From positions 45,108-109,107 of the forward strand of contig JAZSNA010000003.1 in assembly GCA_045536135.1 (NCBI GenBank): 64,000 nt of DNA, written 5' to 3'. Both the position numbers and the translations under genes were made by a program. Each line of letters opens with the position of its first letter. Position 1 is the first letter of the stretch. This DNA comes from Alphaproteobacteria bacterium (GTDB lineage: Bacteria > Pseudomonadota > Alphaproteobacteria > CAAHEQ01 > UBA3637). Under the pieces are notes generated by a model. That model saw only the letters and a program-made list of their open reading frames with translations. It was not told where the DNA came from and ran no database searches. Positions 46,833 through 57,336 of the stretch are shown in pieces.

Positions 46833-46909
46833 TGGTCGGGGTGACACGACTTGAACGTGCGACACCTTGCTCCCAAAGCAAGTACTCTACCAGGCTGAGC
46901 TACACCCCG
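46833..46909 (-). tRNA. tRNA-Pro (anticodon UGG)
   Basis: 77-nt cloverleaf on the minus strand: cggggtgtagctcagcctggtagagtacttgctTTGGGAgcaag...ggttcaag...caccccgacca. CCA is encoded. Confidence 0.85.
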
Positions 46910-46962
46910 AAAGACATATTTTATATATATGACACATTATCATCTTTTTTGCAAGAAAAAAA

Positions 46963-47823
46963 TTATCTTGTATGCAAGTTATTTAATTTGAATGGGTTTT
47001 CGTGATATTTCACAATATTTTTGGGATGTATATTTTGATAAAAATTTTCAGCCTCTTTAAAATTGCGACCGAGTTGTTCGACAGAGTGAGCATCATCGCT
47101 GATAATAATCGGAATATTTTGTTGTTTTATGTTGGATAAAATCCGATAACTGGGATACGGCTCATAGCAATAACTTTTATAATATCCGGTATTAATTTCG
47201 CAAGTCGTCATACAATCTCGCAAGACCTGAACTGTCTGTTCTTCATCATCAATAAATTGTTCGTCACCGCCCAAGCCCACTTTTTTGGGCAAATCCAAAT
47301 GAGCAACGATATCAAAAAAACCGCTTTTGAGGGCCTGTCGAACATTTGTGTAATATTGATGTATCAACATATTTTGTTCCTTTTTTTCCATACGTTTGAC
47401 ATCGTGAAAATTTAATAAATGATTCTTGTGCACCATAAAATGACAAGAACCAATCAAATAATCCGGTTTTAAAATTTCAACAGCTTTTTGAAAAGATTCA
47501 ATCCAAGCCATAGATCCGAAAAAATCCACTTCCATTCCTTTTAATATTTTTATATCGGTTTGTTCCCGTACCCGATCTATTTCTTCATAGTGGTTTTTAA
47601 ATTTTTCAATCGCTTGATTAAAATTTTCGGAAAATATATTTTCATATCCGCCACGCACGGCAAATGAATACATTTTTTGAGAAGTAATGGTCGGATAAAC
47701 AATAAAATGGTTAGAAAATCCGAGTTGTCCCCAATTCAATTTTTCAGCCTGCTCCACCATTTGAGCAACGGTATTTTTGCCATCAAATCCGCGAGTATGT
47801 GTGTGATATGAAAAATCTTGCAT
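46963..47823 (-). CDS. PHP-family phosphoesterase (histidinol-phosphatase-like)
   Basis: N-terminal Y-H-T-H-T His cluster and further His/Asp metal ligands typical of PHP domains. Confidence 0.5.
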   Translation of the reverse strand: MQDFSYHTHTRGFDGKNTVAQMVEQAEKLNWGQLGFSNHFIVYPTITSQKMYSFAVRGGYENIFSENFNQAIEKFKNHYEEIDRVREQTDIKILKGMEVDFFGSMAWIESFQKAVEILKPDYLIGSCHFMVHKNHLLNFHDVKRMEKKEQNMLIHQYYTNVRQALKSGFFDIVAHLDLPKKVGLGGDEQFIDDEEQTVQVLRDCMTTCEINTGYYKSYCYEPYPSYRILSNIKQQNIPIIISDDAHSVEQLGRNFKEAENFYQNIHPKNIVKYHENPFKLNNLHTR

Positions 47824-48177
47824 TATTTCCCCCTTTCAATCACAGTTTTTTACACTACCATAAAAAGGGGGAAAAGTCAATCATTCCAATTCCATTGCTT
47901 TTGTTTTAAATTCGTCTTTTTCTTTTGAAGATAAAAACATTGGAACAATTGTCAATATTTTTAAAATATATGCTAATATCTTTCCCATAATTATACCGCC
48001 TTTGCACCGTTGAAATTTAAAGCTAAAACATTTAAGAATGATTTGATTTTTTTCATAAAATCATCATCTTTGGGTGTCGGGGTTAAGGCACATATTGCAC
48101 TGGACAAGGCAATAACCGAAGAAATTACAATTAAAATTTGTTCCATATTATTAATAATAAAATCCATTTTATACCTC

Positions 48178-48468
48178 CTAAATTATGTTTTTAAAAAATA
48201 TCTCGCTTAAAGTTAAACAAATCGAGCTAAATGCAGCGGCTAAACCAATTGAAACAACCGTCTTTATAGGTGCTATTTCATTACGGGTTATAAAATTGGC
48301 CTCCATTTTTTGAATAATCGTATTGGAAAATTTAAGAAAATCGTTATGAAGCCTATTCACTTGACGATTACTGTTGTTTAAACCTTTTTTGAGTTCAACA
48401 ATCTGATTTTCCAACGCGGAAAATTGTGCCATCAATTTCCCGACCTCCAATTCAAAATCAGTCATCAT
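48178..48468 (-). CDS. hypothetical protein with C-terminal TM helix
   Basis: 96 aa, coiled coil plus a hydrophobic C-terminus. Follows TerL. Confidence 0.25.
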   Translation of the reverse strand: MMTDFELEVGKLMAQFSALENQIVELKKGLNNSNRQVNRLHNDFLKFSNTIIQKMEANFITRNEIAPIKTVVSIGLAAAFSSICLTLSEIFFKNII

Positions 48469-48778
48469 TTCCTCCTTTGTAAAAAATAAAGCTTCCGACT
48501 TGATCTATTGGGATTAAACCAATAGACCAATCCGGAAACTCATCTGTTTTATGAAATCTGATTTTTCTTTTTTCCTTTTTTCCCATCAGATATTTTTGAG
48601 CAATCCGATAACACATTTGATATCGTTGATCATTCGGAATCTCTGATATATCATCATCAACATCAACCAAATCGACAATCGCTTCCGCTTCCGATAAGGA
48701 CGGTTGATATTTATATATCGCCAAAGCTAATTCTTTTATTTGCATCTCCTTCTCTGCCCCTTTTTCATATTTTGACAT
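48458..48778 (-). CDS. hypothetical protein
   Basis: 106-aa ORF overlapping the TerL stop. Confidence 0.25.
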   Translation of the reverse strand: MSKYEKGAEKEMQIKELALAIYKYQPSLSEAEAIVDLVDVDDDISEIPNDQRYQMCYRIAQKYLMGKKEKRKIRFHKTDEFPDWSIGLIPIDQVGSFIFYKGGNDD

Positions 48779-50213
48779 CGTCCAGTGAAAGTGTCGGATT
48801 TAATGCGCCGTATCTCCAATCAATCTTGTTTTGCTTTGTCAATGAGGTCTTTTTAAAGCGAACAATCCCAGACAATAAACATCCGGCAACTGCGTCAAGT
48901 CCGTCATCATGGGACGAGTTATTAACGGGTATCCATTCTTGCATTTCTTCAATAAATTTTGTCTGATAAACGCTTTCATGAACCCATAAAGCGCCTTGAG
49001 ACAATATCGCATCAAAAGCATCTGTGATTCGTACTTCCTTACATGAACGACTATGTTCTTCCTTCACGGCACAAACAATTCCGTTTTTACGAATTTCGTT
49101 ACGCAACAGTTCGGGTAAAAAACGACCGATACCATTAACCTCGATTGATATTTGAGGAATGTAATTTCGCTTAATAAACTCCACAACCATTCGGCATTGT
49201 CTTTGGGCACTTTGTGCGATATCATCAATTTCTAAATAAGATATTTCGTGCAAAAAATATCGCCCATCGTCATCCGAAAAAACACATGCCACCACACTAT
49301 AATCCCCCTTTTCTTTTTTTCCGAACGCCGGATCCCACCACGCTTGCACACCCACCATTTTACACCCATTGATTTTAAGTTCAGATGTTCGATTTGTTTC
49401 GATATACTCTATTGGAGAGGTATATTTTTTTAATTTGGAAACATCTAGTCTGGGTAAAGTCATATGAGTTGCCTCCAAAAGCATTTGGCTTTTAAATTTG
49501 GCCTCACCCGACCGGAGTCTGATTTTTTCTATTTTTTCCAAATCGAATCTTTCCGGCCACCATGATTGTCCCATTTGGTTAAAAATCGGTATTTTTAAAC
49601 TTTTAAAACCCCGTAAAAAACCGTCTGTATCATAAATAGTATCGAATGTATGTGGCGTGCCGACAAAAAGCATCATGCCGCCGGGGACCAATACAAAATC
49701 CAATTCAGATAACTTCGCCCTTAAGTCGTTTCTTTTGGCTTGTGTCGCAGAAGTTTTGGGGACTTCCACATCATCACAAATCACTAAATCCGCCCGAGCA
49801 CCCGTAATGTTGGCACCTAATCCCCGCCCCATTACCGATGGATCACGTAATTCCATTAACCGTTTAATCGTGAACCGATCCGAAGCCCATTGGTCTTTTT
49901 CGTCCGGCTTCATCCCAATACAAAGGGGATGCTTTTCAATAATTCGTTTAATATTTCGAACCATTTTTTTGGATAATTCATAATCCGCTGATAATACTAA
50001 AATCCGTGTATCGGGATATCGATATAAAATCCATGCGCAAAAAAGACCGACGATGGTTGACTTTCCAGAATTTCGAAAAGCCATTAGCAATGTATTTTTT
50101 TCTTTTTTATTCCACTGTTTTTCCAAAAATTCAGAAATAAGTACATGATGTTTTGGAACTTTCAAACCTTGTATTTCATCCCATATCCAAATAAAATCAA
50201 TCAAATTCATCAT
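48765..50213 (-). CDS. terminase large subunit
   Basis: Walker A AFRNSGKST, Walker B LVICDDVE, and a C-terminal RNaseH-like nuclease region with conserved Asp residues. 482 aa. Confidence 0.65.
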   Translation of the reverse strand: MMNLIDFIWIWDEIQGLKVPKHHVLISEFLEKQWNKKEKNTLLMAFRNSGKSTIVGLFCAWILYRYPDTRILVLSADYELSKKMVRNIKRIIEKHPLCIGMKPDEKDQWASDRFTIKRLMELRDPSVMGRGLGANITGARADLVICDDVEVPKTSATQAKRNDLRAKLSELDFVLVPGGMMLFVGTPHTFDTIYDTDGFLRGFKSLKIPIFNQMGQSWWPERFDLEKIEKIRLRSGEAKFKSQMLLEATHMTLPRLDVSKLKKYTSPIEYIETNRTSELKINGCKMVGVQAWWDPAFGKKEKGDYSVVACVFSDDDGRYFLHEISYLEIDDIAQSAQRQCRMVVEFIKRNYIPQISIEVNGIGRFLPELLRNEIRKNGIVCAVKEEHSRSCKEVRITDAFDAILSQGALWVHESVYQTKFIEEMQEWIPVNNSSHDDGLDAVAGCLLSGIVRFKKTSLTKQNKIDWRYGALNPTLSLDDVKI

Positions 50214-50487
50214 TTATTTCATCCTTTAAATCTTTTGTGGCTATGTGTGCTTTTTTTATCAATTCCAGCAAATTATCATTTTCATCCGTTTCGGCAAAAG
50301 ACATTAATTTCAAGCACATCATTAAATGTTGTAAAGTTGATTTACAGGCCATTTGATAAGATTGAATATCTTTTATATTTTCCGGATACGGTAAGTTGAT
50401 TAAATCATCATATTGTTTCAATACTTGCTTGATTTTTGAATAAATATCATCACGACGAATTAATGTTGAATTCATTATTTCAACCAA
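50197..50487 (-). CDS. hypothetical protein
   Basis: 96 aa. It occupies the TerS/small-gene position upstream of TerL. Confidence 0.2.
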   Translation of the reverse strand: MVEIMNSTLIRRDDIYSKIKQVLKQYDDLINLPYPENIKDIQSYQMACKSTLQHLMMCLKLMSFAETDENDNLLELIKKAHIATKDLKDEINDEFD

Positions 50488-50804
50488 CCCATCGATTTTA
50501 ACAGGTTCTTTTGATAATTCTTTTTATCTTTTTTTATCTTTAATTTTTTTTCCTGTATTTCCGTATCATTTTTGCGATTATATTCACGATCCATTTCATC
50601 TTGAACCGCCAGCGCCGAGCCAGACAAAGGGCTTATTCCCGCCGAGCCCAATTTAGCACGATAACCTGCTTTTTCGCCTTTTAATAAGTTTTGATTATTT
50701 TTTATTGTTTCTTGTAATGATTTTATTTCTTCTTTTGAATTATCGGAAAATAAATGATTAACAATTAATTTTCCGGTTGAATTTAAACTTGCCATTTTAT
50801 TCAC
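50475..50804 (-). CDS. hypothetical protein
   Basis: 109-aa ORF, K-rich. Confidence 0.2.
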   Translation of the reverse strand: MNKMASLNSTGKLIVNHLFSDNSKEEIKSLQETIKNNQNLLKGEKAGYRAKLGSAGISPLSGSALAVQDEMDREYNRKNDTEIQEKKLKIKKDKKNYQKNLLKSMGWLK

Positions 50805-52707
50805 TCACTTTCAGTTGAACTTGAACAGATACCAATTTAAAAGCTCTGGGATCATCACTTTTGATTTCCCATAAAGGACTGAGACCGTCTTTATTCCACC
50901 CCAAAGCATAAACACAAACATCTTGGTTGCGGTGTTGAGGCAATGTATCCATATAATATTTGGCAGATAATTTGGGTAAAATAATCTGTTGGAAACCACT
51001 GCCGACATCAATAACAACCGATTGTGTATCAATAACCCGAAGTTTGATATTCACCAACCTGACGGAACGCATCGGCATTGTTCCGTTTGAATTTTCAATA
51101 TACGGCGGTAATGGGATAATTTGATGAGCATAGGGTAAGCCCACTATTAACGAAGAACACAATCGATTTAATAAAATATGACTTTCTTCAATATCCATCA
51201 TAACATTTTCATATCCGTCCGTAATCACTTTAACACGATATCCGATTAACGGTGTCATATCGGACCAAACCTTTGTTTTTTCCTCGCTTTCACCAATCAA
51301 GGAACAATCTGTATATACCCGATCATCAAACACTTCCAAATATGTTTTATCCCCTCTTAAAACCAAGACATATGTATCATCTCCGATAATACAAACAGAT
51401 AAAAACTTACCCAAAGTTTCTTGAATACTCCAAGCTAAAACTTCCTCGGTTCTGTAATTAGTCAAAGTCGCCATTTGCCCGTTTTCCATCACAACATAGA
51501 CAATTCTTTTTCGGCCATCATAAGCCATATCAATCGGATAATTGATTAAATCATCGGCTAAAATTGATATATTTTTAGCTTGATAAGCCTGTTCTAAATC
51601 CTCGAATAAAAATTCACGAATTTCTTTCCCGTTGGACGATACAAATAATGTCGCACCGGATACATCCATCGGCGGGATATAACGATTTGTCGGCGAACCG
51701 ATTTTCGTTTGTCTTTTTAATTGAATTTCTTTTGGGGTTAAAGGATCTCCGGACACCATCCATTCACCACCGGAAGTAAATACCTGTAAGTGTCGCCCCG
51801 GGACAACGCATCGAATGGCATTAACCTGATCGGATAAAATTGAAAAGTCTATCGCCTCATCATCCAAACCCGTACCAATATCAAAATTCATAATCGAAAA
51901 AGTTTTTGACAACCATAAATTATTGGGCAAATCTCTGGAACCTCCGATAACCAATCGACCTTGGAAAAAAGTGACAGTCACCGGATAACCACGAATTGTG
52001 GAAAAGGCAGGTTCTCCATAATTCATCACATTTTGATGACCTTTTGTCGGTGCTTTAAGAATACTTCCTTTGGCTTCCTTTGACGAAGAAACTGATTTTA
52101 TCTTGACATATCCGTCATCCACCTTAAATATTAATCCGACATGTTCGTTAACGAATAAGTCATGAGATGATGTTATTGTTATTTCTCCGGAAGTCCCTGA
52201 TAAAGTAATAGTTGAATTATTTGTCGTAAATTTATGATAAGGTTGATAAATAATTCCTTCTTTTGAAATATCATATACCCAATCCGTCAATAAAAAGCTT
52301 TCATCTTTTTGCCTTAAAATCATCTTTGGCGGATAATTCGGATGCACCATTAATAATGTATCGGCAGACTGTGTCCAAGCAATTTGTTCAATATCATTTC
52401 CGTCCCATGGCACAGATAATGAAGATAAAAATTCTTGATTTTTATAAATATCAATCCGTTTATGGCATAGGACAAATAAATAATTTTGTTGTGTATTAAA
52501 ACTAAATTCAATCAACCGCTTTGCATCATTTATTTCAGATAAAAATCGTGTTCCGCTTCGTCTTTGTATTCCACCAATCGGATCTATAATAACATTTCGA
52601 AGTTCTTGTGCTCCATTTTGATACGATCTTAAATCTGATCGTCCAAAGACATGTTTTGAAATATATCCGGCTGTAAAGTTTGTTTGATTTTGTTTTAAAG
52701 TTGTCAT
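50797..52707 (-). CDS. tail tubular protein B-like (T7 gp12 position)
   Basis: 636 aa, large and beta-rich. Assignment is purely positional (second gene after capsid). Confidence 0.25.
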   Translation of the reverse strand: MTTLKQNQTNFTAGYISKHVFGRSDLRSYQNGAQELRNVIIDPIGGIQRRSGTRFLSEINDAKRLIEFSFNTQQNYLFVLCHKRIDIYKNQEFLSSLSVPWDGNDIEQIAWTQSADTLLMVHPNYPPKMILRQKDESFLLTDWVYDISKEGIIYQPYHKFTTNNSTITLSGTSGEITITSSHDLFVNEHVGLIFKVDDGYVKIKSVSSSKEAKGSILKAPTKGHQNVMNYGEPAFSTIRGYPVTVTFFQGRLVIGGSRDLPNNLWLSKTFSIMNFDIGTGLDDEAIDFSILSDQVNAIRCVVPGRHLQVFTSGGEWMVSGDPLTPKEIQLKRQTKIGSPTNRYIPPMDVSGATLFVSSNGKEIREFLFEDLEQAYQAKNISILADDLINYPIDMAYDGRKRIVYVVMENGQMATLTNYRTEEVLAWSIQETLGKFLSVCIIGDDTYVLVLRGDKTYLEVFDDRVYTDCSLIGESEEKTKVWSDMTPLIGYRVKVITDGYENVMMDIEESHILLNRLCSSLIVGLPYAHQIIPLPPYIENSNGTMPMRSVRLVNIKLRVIDTQSVVIDVGSGFQQIILPKLSAKYYMDTLPQHRNQDVCVYALGWNKDGLSPLWEIKSDDPRAFKLVSVQVQLKVSE

Positions 52708-53249
52708 GAGCGAACTCCGATTAAAGAAAAGTCATTGATACGAATAGGTGTATTTTGTTGTGAATCAATTAATTTGGCCTGATTTAATAAACTTTGATAA
52801 TTTTTTTCCAAAAATTCCGTCCGAGAAGTACTTTCAGTCAACGGCAAACAAAATTCAAAAGCCAATTTCGAAACCAATAAGTCTTCAAAAAAAGGCGGAA
52901 ATTCGTCCTCTTCCACTTGATGAATATAAGTTAATTTAGGCATTGGATCGTTGGTGTGAATTGTTTTATGATAGATTCGATAATCCGATTTTTCCAAAGA
53001 TAAAGCTCTTAAAAAATCAAGAGGCAACTGATATACAAAACTATATCCCGACATCGGTTTTTCGTCCAATCGATTTAGGGAAGCAATAGATGTGGCAAAA
53101 TGCCATGGATAAATAGAGAGTAAGGTATTTTTAGATGAAGCATAAAGTTGTTGAGCAATTTCAGATTCTGTTGTTCCTTCGTTAAAGGATGATATTGTTT
53201 TTGCCCCAATTTTAACAAAGGCTTTTGAACAAATTGATAATTTAGACAT
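52704..53249 (-). CDS. tail tubular protein A-like (T7 gp11 position)
   Basis: Start set at MSKLSICSK with a CAGGAG RBS, about 181 aa (T7 gp11 is 196 aa). Positional. Confidence 0.25.
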   Translation of the reverse strand: MSKLSICSKAFVKIGAKTISSFNEGTTESEIAQQLYASSKNTLLSIYPWHFATSIASLNRLDEKPMSGYSFVYQLPLDFLRALSLEKSDYRIYHKTIHTNDPMPKLTYIHQVEEDEFPPFFEDLLVSKLAFEFCLPLTESTSRTEFLEKNYQSLLNQAKLIDSQQNTPIRINDFSLIGVRS

Positions 53250-53260
53250 AAATAACTCCT

Positions 53261-53300
53261 GAATAAAAAAAGGGGGTAAGGCAGAACCCTGCCTCACCCC
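53261..53300 (-). terminator. rho-independent terminator after the capsid gene
   Basis: On the minus strand: ggggtgaggcag-ggttc-tgccttaccccc followed by TTTTTTT. Confidence 0.45.
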
Positions 53301-53338
53301 GCAAAAAAGGAAAGAAAATAAAAAAATCAGATTATCGG

Positions 53339-54178
53339 TTAGGCATTGTCTGCAACTGTAATCGCAACAACACCTTTCGGATCGATTAAGCAAGCTCCTT
53401 GGCTCATCATGTTGTTAACAAAATGAGCGGCCCGATCGCCATGCCATGTAATATCTGTTTTGATATCCATACCAACCCCTAATCCAACGGCTGTTTTATG
53501 ATAAATAAAACATTTGCGTTTACCGTCTTCAACTGGTAATCCGGTATGCATGATGAAATTAATTCCCATCCATTTTCTGGATTCACATCCAGCTAAATAC
53601 GGTGTATTATCTCCAACATAATCTGCGCTTGAAAATTCCGGCAAGCTCAATAAAACATTCCATTGTTTCGGGCCAACCAAAGCATAACGTTCACCATCAT
53701 CCGGAATATCATTTTCATTTAATTTTTCAAAAGCACTTAAAATATTTTCTTTTGACAATACGGCACTTCCGTCTCCGATAATTTGTTCGCTATCACTTAA
53801 TGTATTTAAAGCGTTGATTACCAATTCATCCGTTTTACGCCCCAAGGCATAAGCACCGGCGGTCGCAATTGCTTTGCGTTCGTCATGTGCAATTTTAATT
53901 TCATCTAGTGAATCAATCCAATCGCCGGCATAATAATCTGCCAAGCTACATTCAATCGGTTCATGGATTAAACTCATCAACGGCACTGTTCCATTCCGAG
54001 CTTCCTTTTGTCCGGCCGTTCCCTTTCCAATTTTTTGGAAAGTTGTACTGGCTCCCCGAACATTATTTTTAACACGAACGGTTGATTTTAATTTTGAACC
54101 CATTTGTTGATAAGCATTACAAACTTCGGCTTGAAAATGCTTAACAAAAGAAATATCAACTTCTGTTGATGTTGTCAT
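53339..54178 (-). CDS. major capsid protein (putative)
   Basis: 279 aa, lying between scaffold-like and tail-tube-like genes. A strong terminator follows it, as is typical after major capsid genes. Confidence 0.4.
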   Translation of the reverse strand: MTTSTEVDISFVKHFQAEVCNAYQQMGSKLKSTVRVKNNVRGASTTFQKIGKGTAGQKEARNGTVPLMSLIHEPIECSLADYYAGDWIDSLDEIKIAHDERKAIATAGAYALGRKTDELVINALNTLSDSEQIIGDGSAVLSKENILSAFEKLNENDIPDDGERYALVGPKQWNVLLSLPEFSSADYVGDNTPYLAGCESRKWMGINFIMHTGLPVEDGKRKCFIYHKTAVGLGVGMDIKTDITWHGDRAAHFVNNMMSQGACLIDPKGVVAITVADNA

Positions 54179-54294
54179 TTTATTCTCCTATAAAAAATAA
54201 ATTTAAAGGGTTATGGGAAACCGATCCCGCCCATAAATACCATAAAAATCAGGTTGATTTTATTCAATTATCTGACGAAAAATTTTTTTCTGTT

Positions 54295-55032
54295 TTAGGG
54301 ATAAAGACGTTTAAACCCATCTGCAACTTTTTTAACAATATCCGGATCTTGATCTTTCCAATATTTCGGATCTCGCATTATTTTCTTTAATCCGTCTTCA
54401 TCTAAAACTTCTGTATCAGAAGATATTTTATTCAAAACTTTCGGTTCGTTTGAATTCATCATCTGATACATACACATTACACCGTCATATGTCGTCGATA
54501 ACGCATCAACAACTTCCGCCGGCAATTTACTTTGCGCCCACGATAAAATCTGTGGTGCAACTGAATTAAAATTTTCTTTTGAACCAAAAAATTGGTACAA
54601 CGCTTGTCTTTGTTTATCGGCTTCAAATTCCATTGCCAACTCATTGATAATTGGCAAAACTTTTTCGCCCGCTAAATCATATACGGCTTGAAGCTGTTTA
54701 TTTGTAAAGCCTAATTGACGCAATTTTTCATTAACTTCTTTATCAACTTCCAACATCGGATGAGATGGGATAATTTTGTATTCATCGGCATTTTCCGGCA
54801 CACCGATTGCCCGATAAAAAGATTTAATCTCCTCTTCCGAGGAGTTTTCATTAGGAATATTCATTGATGTTGACATCTTTTTTTCCAAATTCAAATAAGA
54901 ATTTAACAATGCATCAACATTTATTTCACCGGTTTGATTATTTAAAAATTTTTCCGGTATTTGTTTTTTTTCTGTTAGAATATTTTCAGTCATTTTTTTC
55001 CTTTCTGATAGAACGATTAACAATGCATTCAA
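54295..55032 (-). CDS. scaffolding protein (putative)
   Basis: 245 aa, acidic and helical. It lies between the portal and capsid genes. Confidence 0.3.
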   Translation of the reverse strand: MNALLIVLSERKKMTENILTEKKQIPEKFLNNQTGEINVDALLNSYLNLEKKMSTSMNIPNENSSEEEIKSFYRAIGVPENADEYKIIPSHPMLEVDKEVNEKLRQLGFTNKQLQAVYDLAGEKVLPIINELAMEFEADKQRQALYQFFGSKENFNSVAPQILSWAQSKLPAEVVDALSTTYDGVMCMYQMMNSNEPKVLNKISSDTEVLDEDGLKKIMRDPKYWKDQDPDIVKKVADGFKRLYP

Positions 55033-55249
55033 TTAATCGGACAAGATCTCTTTGTCCTTCCAAATGTCGGAGTTCATTATCCGATGATGATGGTGATAAG
55101 CTTTTATATATTGTCATTTTTTTCAAAACTTCTAAAACTTTTTTTCCCCGATTTGATGTAAAAACAACCGCAAAATCATCCGATAAATCCGTTATCAAAT
55201 TTGTTTCCGTTTTTCCATTTAAAAAACCCCATGTCATTTTTACCTCCAA
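54986..55249 (-). CDS. hypothetical protein
   Basis: 87-aa ORF. Confidence 0.2.
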   Translation of the reverse strand: MEVKMTWGFLNGKTETNLITDLSDDFAVVFTSNRGKKVLEVLKKMTIYKSLSPSSSDNELRHLEGQRDLVRLIECIVNRSIRKEKND

Positions 55250-56658
55250 TCTTTAAACAATCGCAAAGGAATATTCATTTTTTGAGCCAAATATTGAACA
55301 ATATCTTTTGAATTTAAAAATGTTGTCATTTCCGGCTCGATGGCATTTAAACAATTCAAAAAATTAATCATTTGATTTGCCTCTGTTTGAGTCTGTCCAT
55401 GGACAAGCGGAGATTTAAAATTGATATCGATAACATGATTTTCACAAATAATTTGCGGTATCAGACCTCGATTTTTCAAAATTAACAGAGCCCGTTCAAT
55501 TAAAGGGTTTAATAGTTCAATTTGAAGTCTGGAATAAACAGCCCCCAAAATACGAGCCATCTCGGTATTTCTGGTTAAAACTTCTGTTGCTGTCATCTTA
55601 TTATCGTATATTTTCCCCAATTTATCCGCCAACAAGCTGTGTTGAATTCGGCTTCTTAAATCATTTAAAACAATTTGAGAAACATCAAAATTACCCGCAG
55701 CCTCCAACGGAATAAGCCCCTTTGATCCCACTGCTTTTGGTATAATCGTTCCAGGGATAAGTTTAATATTGGATGGATTTAAAACACCATCATCTTCTGC
55801 TTGCCAAATACCCGTCACGGCAATTGTCGCATTTTTTAATATCAATTCAACAACTTTGTTAACCGTTTTAATATCGGGTAAGGCCTTCATAACCGGAGAA
55901 CGACCATACACCTCTTTGGGTAATTTTTGCCAGCGAAAAACAATAAACGGCGATTGTTCAAAATATCCCCTTTTTAATATCGGGAAACTTTCTTTTTCAA
56001 ACAGTTGACTATTTTGACTGTCTATAAAAACCGTATATTCGTATCCGGTTTTCATTTGTGGAATTAAAGCTTCTATAACGGATATTTTCTCGTCTTCACT
56101 CTTTTCTTTTATCGGCAAATTAACTTCCCCGAAACGATATTGAATTTCGGAAATTGTCATTTGTGTCTGACGGAAAACCGTATCAAGCCGACCGGTTAAA
56201 CCTTGTTCCAAATAAACTTCAAATAATGGAATAGCCGTAAAATTAAACGCACTTTGAGCCCCTATTTTATTTTGTTCGAACAACAGACATGCCGTTCCCA
56301 TTGTAATCAAATCCAAGAAACATTGATGTATCTCAACCGTAAAATTTGAATAATTAAAATGAGACGACAAAATATTCGATATCATTTCCAATTCAGAATT
56401 AAAATGTTCATCTGATGCATTTTGTACTGTTAAATCAAACCACTTTGTCCATGTCGGTGTTAATTCAGATAATAAAGATGCGGCCAATTGATCGACACAA
56501 TCCGGAGCCGTTCCGTCAAATAAACGATCAGATACTTTTTCACCACCAATGACACTATTGGGCATTGTAAATTCATAACATTCTCGCCATAAATTTTCCT
56601 TCAAAGATCGTTTTTCTTTGGCTTTGATAAAAAGTTGATATAATTCTTTTGTGCCCAT
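55240..56658 (-). CDS. portal (head-to-tail connector) protein, T7 gp8-like
   Basis: The N-terminus YQLFIKAKEKRSLKENLWRECYEFTMPN resembles T7 gp8 YERLKNDRAPYETRAQNCAQYTIPSL, and DQLAASLLSELTP resembles NNLASKLMLALFP. Confidence 0.5.
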   Translation of the reverse strand: MGTKELYQLFIKAKEKRSLKENLWRECYEFTMPNSVIGGEKVSDRLFDGTAPDCVDQLAASLLSELTPTWTKWFDLTVQNASDEHFNSELEMISNILSSHFNYSNFTVEIHQCFLDLITMGTACLLFEQNKIGAQSAFNFTAIPLFEVYLEQGLTGRLDTVFRQTQMTISEIQYRFGEVNLPIKEKSEDEKISVIEALIPQMKTGYEYTVFIDSQNSQLFEKESFPILKRGYFEQSPFIVFRWQKLPKEVYGRSPVMKALPDIKTVNKVVELILKNATIAVTGIWQAEDDGVLNPSNIKLIPGTIIPKAVGSKGLIPLEAAGNFDVSQIVLNDLRSRIQHSLLADKLGKIYDNKMTATEVLTRNTEMARILGAVYSRLQIELLNPLIERALLILKNRGLIPQIICENHVIDINFKSPLVHGQTQTEANQMINFLNCLNAIEPEMTTFLNSKDIVQYLAQKMNIPLRLFKDWR

Positions 56659-56659
56659 A

Positions 56660-56860
56660 CTACTCTCCTAATAATTTCTTTCGTTTTATTATCGAGTTTT
56701 CACCCAAAATCCCCTTCATTGAAGTTTGAACGGTCTGTAATCCGGCATGCCGAGCTAAATAGCTTTTATCTTCTTTTTCTGTCGGCAGACTTTGAGTTTT
56801 ATCGACAACTTCATTTTGAAGTCCTATAATTTCTTTTACCTTTTTCATAATTTCTCCCAT
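56660..56860 (-). CDS. hypothetical protein
   Basis: 66-aa ORF. Confidence 0.2.
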   Translation of the reverse strand: MGEIMKKVKEIIGLQNEVVDKTQSLPTEKEDKSYLARHAGLQTVQTSMKGILGENSIIKRKKLLGE

Positions 56861-56929
56861 AAAAAAAACGGGACACTTTTATCCCGTCTTGTTTATATCT
56901 ATAACAAATTTTAAATCAAAAGTCAAGGA

Positions 56930-57319
56930 TTATTTTCCTATTTCTCTTAAAAAATATTTAAATAGCTGAAAAGGCGTTAAAATTCCATATCGACGAATCC
57001 CTAAAATTCGTTTAACAACACCGACACAAGTCAAAATTGACGGATAAAAACAAGAATCATTTAAATCATTTATCCAAAAATGAAAAACACGATATCCCCT
57101 TTCAATCATTATATTTTCAATATTATTGACATGTATTTCCATAACATCAATACACCCGGCCAAGGGGTCTATTAAAATATAGCGATGATTATCCGGCAAA
57201 ATAATCATAGTGTGATAAAAACCCCTTTTTAAAAGCTTCATCCATCGGAAATGCGGTTGCCCTCCAAAGGCAATTATCGCATATTTATATCTTTTTGAAA
57301 AATTTTTATTTATATTCAT
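56930..57319 (-). CDS. hypothetical protein
   Basis: 129-aa ORF. Confidence 0.25.
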   Translation of the reverse strand: MNINKNFSKRYKYAIIAFGGQPHFRWMKLLKRGFYHTMIILPDNHRYILIDPLAGCIDVMEIHVNNIENIMIERGYRVFHFWINDLNDSCFYPSILTCVGVVKRILGIRRYGILTPFQLFKYFLREIGK

Positions 57320-57336
57320 TCTATTAAAAGTTGTTT

